From Bacillales bacterium UBA5578 (GTDB lineage Bacteria > Bacillota_I > Bacilli_A > RF39 > UBA660): a stretch of DNA of 56,994 nt. Below are positions 20,539 to 31,065 of this stretch, piece by piece (within the stretch, counting starts at the first letter, position 1; each line of letters opens with the position of its first letter). The stretch lies in NCBI GenBank assembly GCA_002425325.1, contig DIMA01000018.1, positions 74,259 to 131,252 of the forward strand, in the 5' to 3' direction. Position numbers and translations under genes: made by a program. The notes beneath the pieces are model-generated. The model had not been told where the DNA came from and did not search any database. It saw only the letters and a list, made by a program, of their open reading frames with translations.

Positions 20539-21333
20539 ATGAAAATAATGTGTATAAATTGTCAAAATAATAAAGTAAATAAACATGGTGGAATATCATC
20601 AGATGGTATAAATAATGCTAAAGCATTAGCGCAATATATTATAAAAAATAATTATGATTTAGTTGGTACACAAGAAATGTCAGTTTATTTTACTGATAAT
20701 TTAAAAAAGTATTTACCTAATTTTAATTTACCAGGTAAATATAGAAATGATTTTCCAATAATTAATAAAATAATTCCTAAATTAAAAGAATATAAAGAAA
20801 ATAATAAGATAATAACTAAGTATAAAGTAATATATGAAAGAACAATAAAATTACCTTGGTTTCCAAGAAAATTTAAAGAATTAAAATATTCATTAAAAAG
20901 AAAATCATTAATGAGACGTATTGCTTCATCAGCTTTATTAGAAACTGAATATGGAAAAATATATATGATTAATACACATTTAGATTATGCTATTAAAGAT
21001 ATACAAAAGAAACAATTAAATAAAATTTATAAACATATTTATATAGTATCAAAAAAATATCCCATTATATTAACTGGTGATTTTAATATGGAATATAATA
21101 CAGATATATTTAAAGAATTTATAGATAAGTTAAATAAAATAAATATAAGAAGAATAGAGATTAATGATAAAACTAATAGTCTAAAACATAAAAATAAAAC
21201 AGCTATAGATCATATATTTATTTCTAATAAATTTGATATAGTTAATTATGGAGTAATAGATGATAAAGATTTAGTTAATATGACGGATCATAAACCTATA
21301 TATGTAGAAGTAACTAATTCTAGTAATAATTAA
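20539..21333 (+). CDS. Endonuclease/exonuclease/phosphatase (EEP) family protein
   Basis: LVGTQE, INTHL, LTGDFN, IDHIF, TDHKPI. Confidence 0.9.
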   Translation: MKIMCINCQNNKVNKHGGISSDGINNAKALAQYIIKNNYDLVGTQEMSVYFTDNLKKYLPNFNLPGKYRNDFPIINKIIPKLKEYKENNKIITKYKVIYERTIKLPWFPRKFKELKYSLKRKSLMRRIASSALLETEYGKIYMINTHLDYAIKDIQKKQLNKIYKHIYIVSKKYPIILTGDFNMEYNTDIFKEFIDKLNKINIRRIEINDKTNSLKHKNKTAIDHIFISNKFDIVNYGVIDDKDLVNMTDHKPIYVEVTNSSNN

Positions 21334-21373
21334 AAATATATGATAAAATTTAGATATAGAAAGGGTGATATAA

Positions 21374-22336
21374 ATGAATATATATCGCCAAATATATAAA
21401 AAAATAAAAAAATATAATAATATATTTCTTGCTCATCATATTGGGCCAGATCCAGATGCTTTAGGAAGTACTTTTGGACTTAAAGAAGTTATATTAAATA
21501 CATTTCCTAAGAAAAATGTATATGTAGTAGGTGCAAGTCCTTATAAATTTCATTATATAGGATTAAATGATAAATATGATGAAGAAATAATGAAGGATTC
21601 TTTACTTATTATATGTGATACCCCTGATAAAAAAAGAGTAGATGGTGTAGATTATACTATATTTAAAGAAACTATAAAAATTGATCATCATCCTTTTGTA
21701 GAAAAATTTTGTAATATTGAATGGATTGATGATACAGCATCTTCAGCTTCTCAAATGATAATTGAATTAGTATATAAAACTAGATTAAAAATGAATAAGA
21801 AAGCAGCATCAAAATTATTTACTGGACTTATATCAGATACAGAAAGATTTTTATATGATTATACAACACCAAAAACATTTGAGTTAACAGCAAAATTAAT
21901 AAAAGATACTAAACTAGAATTTACAAAATTATATTTACCTTTATATTTGAGACCAAGAAAAGATTTATTATTTCAAAGTTATATTATGACTAATTTAACA
22001 ATAACTGAGAATGGTTTTGGTTATATTAAATTGACAGATGAAACATTAAAAGAATTTGAAGTTGATGTAGGTACTGCTGGTAATCTTATAAATAACTTTA
22101 ATTATATGAATGAAATGATAGCTTGGGGATTCTTCTCAGAAGATAAGAATAATAATCAAATAAGAGGTTCAATTAGATCAAGGGGACCTGTTATTAATGA
22201 GGTATTAGCGCCATTTGGTGGAGGAGGACATGCTCTTGCTAGTGGTGTAAGACCTAAAGATTTTGAAGAAACAGATAAAGTAATAAAAGAACTTGATGAA
22301 GTTTGTAGAAAATATAACGAAGAAAATACTAATTAA
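21374..22336 (+). CDS. nrnA: DHH/DHHA1 phosphoesterase, NrnA-like oligoribonuclease/pAp phosphatase
   Basis: HIGPDPDALGS, ICDT, IDHH, GLISDT, SIRS, GGGGHALASG. Confidence 0.85.
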   Translation: MNIYRQIYKKIKKYNNIFLAHHIGPDPDALGSTFGLKEVILNTFPKKNVYVVGASPYKFHYIGLNDKYDEEIMKDSLLIICDTPDKKRVDGVDYTIFKETIKIDHHPFVEKFCNIEWIDDTASSASQMIIELVYKTRLKMNKKAASKLFTGLISDTERFLYDYTTPKTFELTAKLIKDTKLEFTKLYLPLYLRPRKDLLFQSYIMTNLTITENGFGYIKLTDETLKEFEVDVGTAGNLINNFNYMNEMIAWGFFSEDKNNNQIRGSIRSRGPVINEVLAPFGGGGHALASGVRPKDFEETDKVIKELDEVCRKYNEENTN

Positions 22337-22394
22337 GACACTAAATAGTGTCTTTTTTATTGTAAATTTGATAAAATATATAAGAGGTGATAAT

Positions 22395-25300
22395 ATGAAC
22401 GACAATTTTAAAAAGTTAATAAACAATATACAACTAGAAGATGAATATTATCAATACTTTGAAGAGGGTAAATTATTAAAAATAATTACAAATAGTGAAA
22501 AAACAGATTATACTTTTATAATTGAAATTAAAGATACTTTACCAACTGAAGTTTATGATTATTTTTATAATAGATTAAAAGAAACATATAAAGATGTAAA
22601 TAAAGTATATGTTGTATTTAAACCTATAGATATAAATATAAATTTATTAAAAGACTATTATCAATATATAATGATAAATTATAGTAAAAAGTGTCCAGTA
22701 TTAGAAACATTTATAGATAATAATATAGAGTTAAATGAAGAAACTATTTCTATTGAAGTTAGTAATATAGCTGAACAAAATAAACTATTAAGTATGGAAA
22801 AAAATATTATATTAGATTTAAGAAGAGCAGGATATAATGTATCTACTTTATTAGTAAAAATAGTTGAATGCGATTCTATTATTGACACACCAACTACTAT
22901 TGAAGTTCCGGCCTATAGATTAGAAAAGAAAGAAGAAGTAGTAGAAGATAAAAAAGAATTTTTTAAGAAAAATTTTACTCCTAAAAAAATAGAAACAGAT
23001 GAACATCCAGATGCAGTATTAGGTAGAATAATTGATACATTTCCGGTAAGATTAGATTCAATTACTGGGCCTACTAATGGTGTTACTATTGAAGGTGAGT
23101 TATTCGGTATAGATATAAGAGAAACTAAAACAGATTTAGTTATATATACTTTAAAAATAACTGATTATACTGATAGTATATATGGAAAGATATTTGTTAA
23201 TGGTGCTGAAGAATCTCAAAGGATATCTAAATTATTAAAGAGTGGAAACTGGTATAAATTTAGAGGTAATATAAAAGAAGATAAATATTCTAATGAAGAA
23301 GTATTAAGTTTATTAGATATTAATAAAATGGAAAAGAAAGAAAAAGAAAAAATAATAGATGATGCCCCAGTAAAAAGAGTAGAATTACATGCCCATACAA
23401 TGATGAGTCAAATGGACGGATTAACTAAATTAGATTTAGGAAAACATACATGTGAACTAGTATCTAGATGTATGGATATGGGATATAGAGGAGTTGCTAT
23501 AACTGATCATAGTGGTTGTCAAGCTTTCCCAATAGCCTTTGGAATAATAGATGGTTATAATAAAGGTATTAGAAAAGGTCTTAAAAGTAAAAAAGAAGAG
23601 ATAGAAAATAAATTAGCTGATGATAATTGTGAAGAATCAAAAGAAGATTTACAAAAAGAATTAGATAATGTAAATGAACAAATAAAAAATCCTCCTATAT
23701 TTAAGGGGTTATATGGTACAGAATTAGTATTAGTAGATGATACTGTAAATATAGTTGTTAGACCTAGACCATTTAATTTAAAAGAATCTACATATGTTGT
23801 ATTCGATACCGAAACAACAGGGTTTAATGCAGCAGGTGGAGATCAAATGATTGAAATTGGTGCTGTTAAAATATGTGAAGGTAATATCATTGATCGATTT
23901 GATGAATTTATTAATCCTCATCGTCATATACCTGATAAAATTACTGAATTAACATGTATAACAGATGATATGGTAAAAGATGCTGATGATGAAGAAACTG
24001 TTACTAAAAGGTTCTTAGAATGGATAGGAGATTTACCTATGGTAGCGCATAATGCTAAATTCGATATTTCATTTATCGAAATGGCTATGCATAAATATAA
24101 TTTAGGTGAATTTACTAGTACTGTTATAGATACATTAGAATTATCTAGAACATTAGATCAAGGATTTGCAAGACATAGTTTATCAGCATTAGTAAAAAGA
24201 TATAATGTACCATGGGAAGAAGATGCACACCATAGAGCTGATTACGATGCTGAAGGTACAGCATTAGTATTCCATAAAATGGTTCAAAAATTAATATCTC
24301 AAAATTTTGAAAAAGTTGATGACTTAGATAAATTAATTTCAAAAGATGAAATATATAAATTTGGTAGAACATTCCATTTTAATGCAATAGCATTAAATAA
24401 GACTGGATTAAAAAATTTATTTAAAATTATTTCATTAGCCAACACAGTTTATTTATATAAGACACCTAGAATATTAAGAAGTAAATTAAATGAATTAAGA
24501 GAAGGTTTATTAATTGGTAGTGGATGTTATGAATCAGAAGTATTTATAGAAGCTAGAAGTAAAGAAGGACAAGAACTTACTAATATAATTAATTTTTATG
24601 ATTATGTAGAAGTTCAACCTCCAGAAGTATATGGTCATTTACTACAAACTGGTGATTTTAGTAATGAAGTTGAATTAAAAAATCATATAAAGAAAGTAAT
24701 TGATTCAGTAAAAGAATCTGGTAAGATTATAGTTGCTACAGGTGATGTTCATCACTTTGAACGTGGTGATAAGATTTATAGAGAAATAATTGTAAATCAA
24801 AAAGTACCTGGTGGTGGAAGACATCCTTTAGCACGTAATAATATTACTGAAATACCATCTCAACATTTTAGAACAACAAGAGAAATGCTAGAAGATTTTA
24901 ATTTTATAGATGAAGATTTAGCATATGAAATAATTGTTACTAATACTAATAAAGTATTAGATATGGTAGAAGAGATAGAAGTAATTATTGATACTGGTGG
25001 AATACCATTTTCGCCTAGAGTAAAGAGTGATGATGGTAGTGAATACTTAGATTGTCCTAGAGTTGTTACTGACCTAGTATATGATAAAGCTGCTGAATGG
25101 TATGGAGAAAATTTACCATATAATATAGAAGAACGTATAGCTAAAGAATTATATGGTGATATTGTATATAAATGTTGGAACAATAAAATAAAAAAAGAAC
25201 ATCCAGATTATGATGATGATAAATTAACAGAAGAAACTTTTAAAAACTTACATAAAACAGTTGTAACTGGATTTGATGAAGTTAAATCTTTCTTAGGTGA

Positions 25301-27167
25301 ATGTTTCAAAGAAGAATGGTCAGAAGATGATGGAGAACTTACAGAAGAAGCATTACAAAAGAAAATCAAGAAAGAACTTGGAGGTATTATAGGTGGAGGA
25401 TTCGATCCAATATATTTAATATCTCAAAGATTAGTTAAACACTCTAATGATGATGGATATTTAGTTGGTTCACGTGGATCTGTTGGATCAAGTTTCGTTG
25501 CAACTATGATGGGAATAACAGAAGTTAATCCTTTACCAGCACATTATCGTTGTTTAAAATGTCAAACAAGTATATTTAAAGATGAAGAAGGTAATGAATT
25601 AGGTGCTACATATTCTAGTGGATTTGACTTACCTGATAAAGAATGCCCAAATTGTGGTGAAAGATTATATAAAGATGGTCAAGACATGCCATTCGCCACA
25701 TTCTTAGGATTTAATGCAGATAAGGTACCTGATATAGACCTTAACTTTTCAGATTTAAATCAAGCTAGTGCACATGAATATACAAAAGTATTATTTGGTG
25801 TTGATAATGTATATAGAGCAGGCACTATTGGTACTGTAGCAGAAAAAACAGCATTTGGTTTTGTTAAAGGTTATTGTGAAGATCACAATAAAGTTATGCG
25901 TACAGCTGAAATTGAAAGATTGGCAGCAGGATGTACAGGTGTAAAAAGAACTACTGGTCAACATCCAGGAGGTATAGTAGTAGTACCTGATTATATGGAT
26001 GTATCTGACTTTACACCATTCCAATTCCCAGCAGAAGATGTTACAAGTGCATGGAGAACAACACATTTTGATTATCACGCAATTGATCAAGATTTATTAA
26101 AACTTGATATATTAGGACATTCAGATCCTACTCAATTACGTATGATTCAAGATTTAACTGGAATGGATATATTAACAGTTCCACTTGATGATAAAGATAC
26201 AATGAGCATATTTACAGATACACATGCTTTAGGTGTAACTGAAGAGCAAATTATGTGTAAAACAGGAACTTTAGGAATACCTGAATTTGGAACTCCATTT
26301 ACAATAGGAATGGTTGAAGAAACTAAACCTAAAACATTTGCTGAATTAATTAAAATATCTGGTCTATCACATGGTACAGACGTATGGTTAGGAAATGCTC
26401 AAGAATTAATTAAAAATAAAGTAGTTCCATTTAGTGAAGTTATCGGATGTCGTGATGATATAATGGTTTACTTAATGTATCATGGTGTAGAACCAATTAA
26501 AGCATTTAAAATAATGGAATTTGTTCGTAAAGGTCGAGCAAGTAAAGATCCTGAAACATGGGCTAAACATAAAGAAACAATGGAACAAGCTGGAATAGAA
26601 TCATGGTTTATAGATTCTTGTGGAAAAATAAAGTACATGTTCCCAAAAGCCCATGCGGCTGCTTATGTAATTAGTGCATTTAGAATTGCTTGGTATAAAG
26701 TTCATATGCCAGTATATTATTATGCATCATGGTTAACAAGTAAAGCTACAGATGTAGATGTAGAAACTATGATAAAAGGTTATGATGCAATTAGAGCAAA
26801 AATAATAGAGATACAAAACAAAGGTTATGAAGCTACAAATAAAGAGATGGGACAACTAGAAAGTTTAAAAGTATGTTTAGAAGCAACAGCTCGTGGAATT
26901 AAATTTTTACCAGTTGATCTTCAAAATAGTCCAGATGTTGTATGGGGAGTAAGAGATGAAACCTCTATTTATCCTCCATTTAATGCAGTAGATGGACTAG
27001 GAGATACAGTTGCTAAAAACATAGTAGCAGAAAGAGAAAAAGAACCTTTCTTAAGTATTGAAAATTGTCAAAAAAGAGCAAAAATTTCATCTACTTTAAT
27101 TGATAAAATGAAATCAATGGGAGTATTTGATGGAATGGATGAATCAAATCAATTAAGTTTATTTTAA
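22395..27167 (+). CDS. polC: DNA polymerase III PolC-type with embedded 3'-5' exonuclease (start moved to 22395)
   Basis: RVELHAHT..SQMD PHP, VVFDTETTG and HHRADYDA exonuclease, GSRGSVGSS, CLKC/CPNC zinc finger, PDIDLNF, YMFPKAHAAAY. Confidence 0.98.
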   Translation: MNDNFKKLINNIQLEDEYYQYFEEGKLLKIITNSEKTDYTFIIEIKDTLPTEVYDYFYNRLKETYKDVNKVYVVFKPIDININLLKDYYQYIMINYSKKCPVLETFIDNNIELNEETISIEVSNIAEQNKLLSMEKNIILDLRRAGYNVSTLLVKIVECDSIIDTPTTIEVPAYRLEKKEEVVEDKKEFFKKNFTPKKIETDEHPDAVLGRIIDTFPVRLDSITGPTNGVTIEGELFGIDIRETKTDLVIYTLKITDYTDSIYGKIFVNGAEESQRISKLLKSGNWYKFRGNIKEDKYSNEEVLSLLDINKMEKKEKEKIIDDAPVKRVELHAHTMMSQMDGLTKLDLGKHTCELVSRCMDMGYRGVAITDHSGCQAFPIAFGIIDGYNKGIRKGLKSKKEEIENKLADDNCEESKEDLQKELDNVNEQIKNPPIFKGLYGTELVLVDDTVNIVVRPRPFNLKESTYVVFDTETTGFNAAGGDQMIEIGAVKICEGNIIDRFDEFINPHRHIPDKITELTCITDDMVKDADDEETVTKRFLEWIGDLPMVAHNAKFDISFIEMAMHKYNLGEFTSTVIDTLELSRTLDQGFARHSLSALVKRYNVPWEEDAHHRADYDAEGTALVFHKMVQKLISQNFEKVDDLDKLISKDEIYKFGRTFHFNAIALNKTGLKNLFKIISLANTVYLYKTPRILRSKLNELREGLLIGSGCYESEVFIEARSKEGQELTNIINFYDYVEVQPPEVYGHLLQTGDFSNEVELKNHIKKVIDSVKESGKIIVATGDVHHFERGDKIYREIIVNQKVPGGGRHPLARNNITEIPSQHFRTTREMLEDFNFIDEDLAYEIIVTNTNKVLDMVEEIEVIIDTGGIPFSPRVKSDDGSEYLDCPRVVTDLVYDKAAEWYGENLPYNIEERIAKELYGDIVYKCWNNKIKKEHPDYDDDKLTEETFKNLHKTVVTGFDEVKSFLGECFKEEWSEDDGELTEEALQKKIKKELGGIIGGGFDPIYLISQRLVKHSNDDGYLVGSRGSVGSSFVATMMGITEVNPLPAHYRCLKCQTSIFKDEEGNELGATYSSGFDLPDKECPNCGERLYKDGQDMPFATFLGFNADKVPDIDLNFSDLNQASAHEYTKVLFGVDNVYRAGTIGTVAEKTAFGFVKGYCEDHNKVMRTAEIERLAAGCTGVKRTTGQHPGGIVVVPDYMDVSDFTPFQFPAEDVTSAWRTTHFDYHAIDQDLLKLDILGHSDPTQLRMIQDLTGMDILTVPLDDKDTMSIFTDTHALGVTEEQIMCKTGTLGIPEFGTPFTIGMVEETKPKTFAELIKISGLSHGTDVWLGNAQELIKNKVVPFSEVIGCRDDIMVYLMYHGVEPIKAFKIMEFVRKGRASKDPETWAKHKETMEQAGIESWFIDSCGKIKYMFPKAHAAAYVISAFRIAWYKVHMPVYYYASWLTSKATDVDVETMIKGYDAIRAKIIEIQNKGYEATNKEMGQLESLKVCLEATARGIKFLPVDLQNSPDVVWGVRDETSIYPPFNAVDGLGDTVAKNIVAEREKEPFLSIENCQKRAKISSTLIDKMKSMGVFDGMDESNQLSLF

Positions 27168-27255
27168 AAATGTACATTAGTACATTTTTTTTATTATATA
27201 TAGTATTAATTAAAAATAAGATGTATAATTAATTTATGATAGTAGGGTGTATACA

Positions 27256-28716
27256 ATGAAGAAAGTATTAGTAATTATAGGAATTATAATAGAATTAGCG
27301 ATAATAGGTGGAGTTATATTCTATTTTGCAACATATAAAGAAAAATATAGAGTTAGATTTATTACTAATGGTGGTAATAAAATTGAATATATAGAAATAA
27401 AAGAAAATGCAATATTCGAACTACCAGAAACACCTAAAAAAGAAGGGTATGTATTTGCATATTGGACTTTAAAAGATGTAGAACCAGTATTATCAGGGTT
27501 TCCTGTAAAAAATAATACAACGTTATATGCAAAATGGATAAAGGAAGATGCAGAAATAGTTAATATTGTATTTGATACAAGAGGAGGTACTAAGATTAAT
27601 TCTCTTACTATAGAAAAGGGAACTAAATTAGTATTACCTAAAAATCCTGAAAAGAAAAATTATGTATTTAAGGGATGGAAAGATAAAGAAGGTAATTCTT
27701 ATAATAATGATGATGTTATTGATAAAGAAGGGGAATTAGTATTATTAGCTGAATGGGAAGAAGAAAAGAAAGAATCAAATAAGCAAAATAAACCAAATTC
27801 TAATAAACCATCTACTAATAAAGATAATAATACATCTAATAATAATAATAACTCTAATAACAATTCAAATAATAACAATAATTCAAATAATAGTGGTAAT
27901 ACTACAACACCACAACCAAACACTCCAACAGTACCAAATAATCCAGAACCACAAGTAGTTTTACCTACAGGTATTCAGTTAAATGTTTCTACTGTTAATA
28001 TGATAATATTTGATTCACATAAATTAAATGCAACTGTATTGCCAACTAATGCAACAAATAAAACTCTTACATGGTCTAGTAGTAATCCTGATATAGTAAG
28101 TGTTGATGCTAGTGGAAGAATAACAGCTAATAAAATAGGATCAGCAATTATAACTGTAAAAACAAGTAATGGAATACAAAAACAAGTAATGGTTTATAGT
28201 GATGTTAATAGTATTATATTTAATATTTCTAATGCAACAATATCGCAATATGGTATTACTGAAACTACAATTACTGCAACAGTTTCACCAAATATAGATT
28301 ATAATTTAAATAGCTCTATGATAAATTATTCTGTATCGAATAATTATATTGGATTAGAAAAGAATAAATTTAAAACAATAGCTTATGTAAAAAAAAGTCC
28401 TAGTTCATATGCAAAATCAGTGGTAACATTAACGATAGGAAGAAAAAAAGCTACTATACCTGTATATATTGAACCAAGATTATCAATTAACGGAATTTAT
28501 AATAATGGAGAAGTGTTTTACTTAAGTGGTGGTTCAGATAGTATCATATTAAATACTAATATTCCAGTTGAATGGAAAACATCGGGTAGTTGTAAAAATT
28601 ATAAAGGTGAATCCACTCTTGAAGTTTATTGCCTGATATTAGGGACTGGCTCTAAAATAATTGCTATATCTGAAGCAAAACAAGAATTAAATGTAAATTT
28701 TATTAGACAAAGATAG
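27256..28716 (+). CDS. Surface protein: N-terminal anchor, two InlB B-repeats, N/P-rich linker, Ig-like (Big_2) domains
   Basis: VRFITNGG..PETPKKEGYVFAYW and IVFDTRGG..PEKKNYVFKGW repeats; LTWSSSNPDIVSVDASGRITA; RBS favours ATG 27256. Confidence 0.85.
   Translation: MKKVLVIIGIIIELAIIGGVIFYFATYKEKYRVRFITNGGNKIEYIEIKENAIFELPETPKKEGYVFAYWTLKDVEPVLSGFPVKNNTTLYAKWIKEDAEIVNIVFDTRGGTKINSLTIEKGTKLVLPKNPEKKNYVFKGWKDKEGNSYNNDDVIDKEGELVLLAEWEEEKKESNKQNKPNSNKPSTNKDNNTSNNNNNSNNNSNNNNNSNNSGNTTTPQPNTPTVPNNPEPQVVLPTGIQLNVSTVNMIIFDSHKLNATVLPTNATNKTLTWSSSNPDIVSVDASGRITANKIGSAIITVKTSNGIQKQVMVYSDVNSIIFNISNATISQYGITETTITATVSPNIDYNLNSSMINYSVSNNYIGLEKNKFKTIAYVKKSPSSYAKSVVTLTIGRKKATIPVYIEPRLSINGIYNNGEVFYLSGGSDSIILNTNIPVEWKTSGSCKNYKGESTLEVYCLILGTGSKIIAISEAKQELNVNFIRQR
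27820..27950 (+). repeat. Low-complexity Asn-rich then Pro/Thr-rich linker built from AAT/AAC and aattcaaataat units
   Basis: Encodes DNNTSNNNNNSNNNSNNNNNSNNSGNTTTPQPNTPTVP. Confidence 0.7.
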
Positions 28717-28827
28717 TAATTAATACTATCTTTTTTGTGTACAATTTGCACAAATTAGTGTAAACCATAAAAAAATAAATTGACTAAATATAAACTATGT
28801 TATAAAGTGATAATAGGAGATGGTTCT

Positions 28828-29061
28828 ATGAAAGATACATTAGTTGTAAAAGGTCTTGATGGAAATGATATTACATTATTTGTAATAGATATAATTGAAG
28901 ATACTATGACAAATAAACAATATATGTATTATACAATTGATGGAAATGATGATGTTTTTGTTTCAGGTTTAGTTGAAAATAATGGTACTTATTCTTTAGA
29001 ACAAGTATCAGAAGAAGAAAAAAATATTCTAATTGAAGCTTTAAAAGATGGAAGAAATTAG
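28828..29061 (+). CDS. Small acidic protein, DUF1292-like (start moved to 28828)
   Basis: RBS aggaga before ATG 28828; LVVKGLDGNDITLFVIDII..KQYMYY pattern. Confidence 0.6.
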   Translation: MKDTLVVKGLDGNDITLFVIDIIEDTMTNKQYMYYTIDGNDDVFVSGLVENNGTYSLEQVSEEEKNILIEALKDGRN

Positions 29062-30691
29062 TAATTTAAATGAGGTATTTAGATATTTATCTAATGATAA
29101 TATATTAGAAAGAATATCTAAAATAACTAATGATAGTGACATTGATGTTAAAGAAATGTCATCTAGATTATTAAAAGAACTAACTGAAAGAAAAAAACAA
29201 TTAGAAAATATTAAAGAAAAAATAATATCTGTAAACAAAGCATTAAAAGATTCAACATCAGGAGAACTACTCGCAAAAATAGATGATGAGATAAGTTCAA
29301 TAGATAAAATAAGTGATTCTCTTAATAGTATGATAAACGGGGATATACCATTTAGTCAAAGTAATTTATTACAAACAGGCGAAGAAGTAAATAAACTATT
29401 CGATTTAGAAGCAAGTTTACAAAATACTGTTGAATCTTCTACTAATGAGTATAAAGATTATATTACTAAAATGGTAGAAAATGATCCTTCTAAATTAGAA
29501 GAATTAAGAGATTTAGCTAATCGACAACAAGTAGATGACCAATTAGAAGAAGATATTGAAGATACTATTGAAGCAGTAGAAGAATCTAAAGATGATAATG
29601 TAGTAGAAATAAGCGAAGAAGAGGTAGTTGTAACTGATACTCAATCAGATGGTGCTACTGATATTGAAGCTGAAGAAGAATTTATAGTAGTAGATGAAAC
29701 ACCTAATTCTGAAGGAAATAATGATACTACTGAAGATACTACAGATGCTGATGAACAAGTTGAAGAAGATTTAGAAGAAGAAATAATAATAGATAATGCT
29801 AATAATGAGCAAATTGATGTTATAGAAAATCGCGAAAATGGAGTAGAGGAAAATACTGAAAATCTTGCAAAAGATAATGCCGGACAACAAGTTCGACAAC
29901 CAATTAGTACTGAGCAAAATTCCATGAAGAATAAAAAGGGTAAAAATAATTTAAGTTATAGCGAAAGAGTTAGAAACATCAATTATAGACAAGGCATGAA
30001 CTATAGTGAAGAAGTTCACAAAATAAGAGTTGAATATGAAATAGAATTAATAGAATCAAGATTAAATCTTGTAAATAAAGAAATTAAGAAATTAAAAGAC
30101 TCTAATAAAAAAGTTCCTTTTAAATTAGCTGTTCAACAACAACAATTATTAAATCAAATTAACGAATTAAAGAATGAAACTCAGTTAATTGAGTTGAATC
30201 GTAAAGAGAATAAGAGAGAAGAAAAACTTTCTAAAACTCAAGCAAAAATCGATCAACAAGTTGGAAAATTAACAGATGAGATGATTATTCAAAATGAAGT
30301 TAAAAGTAAATTATTTAAAGGCATGTCTTTAAGACGTGAGAAAAAAATAAGAGAAAAACTTGTAGAGTTAAATGGTAAAATGAATGTTGTTAAACAAGAA
30401 CAAATTACTTCTACTGAAATGAAATTCGATATAAGAAATAAAAAATTAATTAAATTAGCTAAAAAGAATGCTAAAAAGCAAGTAATGCAACAAAAAATTG
30501 AAGAACTTAAATCATATAGAGATAAATTAGTTGAAGAAGCTATGGCTTTAGGACATGATATTTCAAGATTTGTAAGCAAATCAGAACTAATACAAAAATT
30601 AAAACAATCTACTGTTCAATTTACTGGTAATCCTGTTATTATCGATATGCCAGAGGAAGAGTTAGAAACATCTATGGTAAGAGCTGCATAA
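29048..30691 (+). CDS. Hypothetical 547-aa protein with acidic low-complexity core and basic coiled-coil C-terminus
   Basis: Long ORF with genome-typical codon usage; no TM or catalytic motif; own terminator. Confidence 0.75.
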   Translation: MEEISNLNEVFRYLSNDNILERISKITNDSDIDVKEMSSRLLKELTERKKQLENIKEKIISVNKALKDSTSGELLAKIDDEISSIDKISDSLNSMINGDIPFSQSNLLQTGEEVNKLFDLEASLQNTVESSTNEYKDYITKMVENDPSKLEELRDLANRQQVDDQLEEDIEDTIEAVEESKDDNVVEISEEEVVVTDTQSDGATDIEAEEEFIVVDETPNSEGNNDTTEDTTDADEQVEEDLEEEIIIDNANNEQIDVIENRENGVEENTENLAKDNAGQQVRQPISTEQNSMKNKKGKNNLSYSERVRNINYRQGMNYSEEVHKIRVEYEIELIESRLNLVNKEIKKLKDSNKKVPFKLAVQQQQLLNQINELKNETQLIELNRKENKREEKLSKTQAKIDQQVGKLTDEMIIQNEVKSKLFKGMSLRREKKIREKLVELNGKMNVVKQEQITSTEMKFDIRNKKLIKLAKKNAKKQVMQQKIEELKSYRDKLVEEAMALGHDISRFVSKSELIQKLKQSTVQFTGNPVIIDMPEEELETSMVRAA

Positions 30692-30736
30692 GCTCTTTTT
30701 TTGCGCAAAAAAAAATCATTAACTTGTAATGATTTA

Positions 30737-30919
30737 TTAAGCAGCTTTTCTATCAAGCTTTGTTAATGTTCTTTTTTCTCTAGCACTTGTACGAATCTTA
30801 GTTCCATCTGCTAATGTAACATTTACCATATTAACTTTTTGTAAATGTCTAGTAGCTCTACAAGAATGTGATCTTCTATTTCCAGCTAGTGGTTTTTTAC
30901 TAGTAATTTTAGTTGCCAT
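30737..30919 (-). CDS. rpmB: 50S ribosomal protein L28, divergent (start moved to 30919)
   Basis: KKPLAGNRRSHS..T..LQKVN..SAR; RBS ggaggt. Confidence 0.85.
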   Translation of the reverse strand: MATKITSKKPLAGNRRSHSCRATRHLQKVNMVNVTLADGTKIRTSAREKRTLTKLDRKAA

Positions 30920-30965
30920 ATTATACCTCCATTCAAAGTTTAGTTTTTTCTCCCTATGCCTATTG

Positions 30966-30994
30966 ATTTTAACATAAATGAATACCTTTGTCAA
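30966..30994 (-). promoter_or_regulatory. sigA promoter of rpmB
   Basis: Minus strand TTGACA-17 nt-TAAAAT with extended TG. Confidence 0.8.
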
Positions 30995-31065
30995 ATGTTT
31001 TCTTTAATAATCTTCTATTTAAAAATCTTATAAAATATAGTAAAATACTAGTAGGAGGGGTACCT

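Noticed and set aside
25135-25400. Intein in PolC
   Set aside because: Too short and lacks intein terminal residues.
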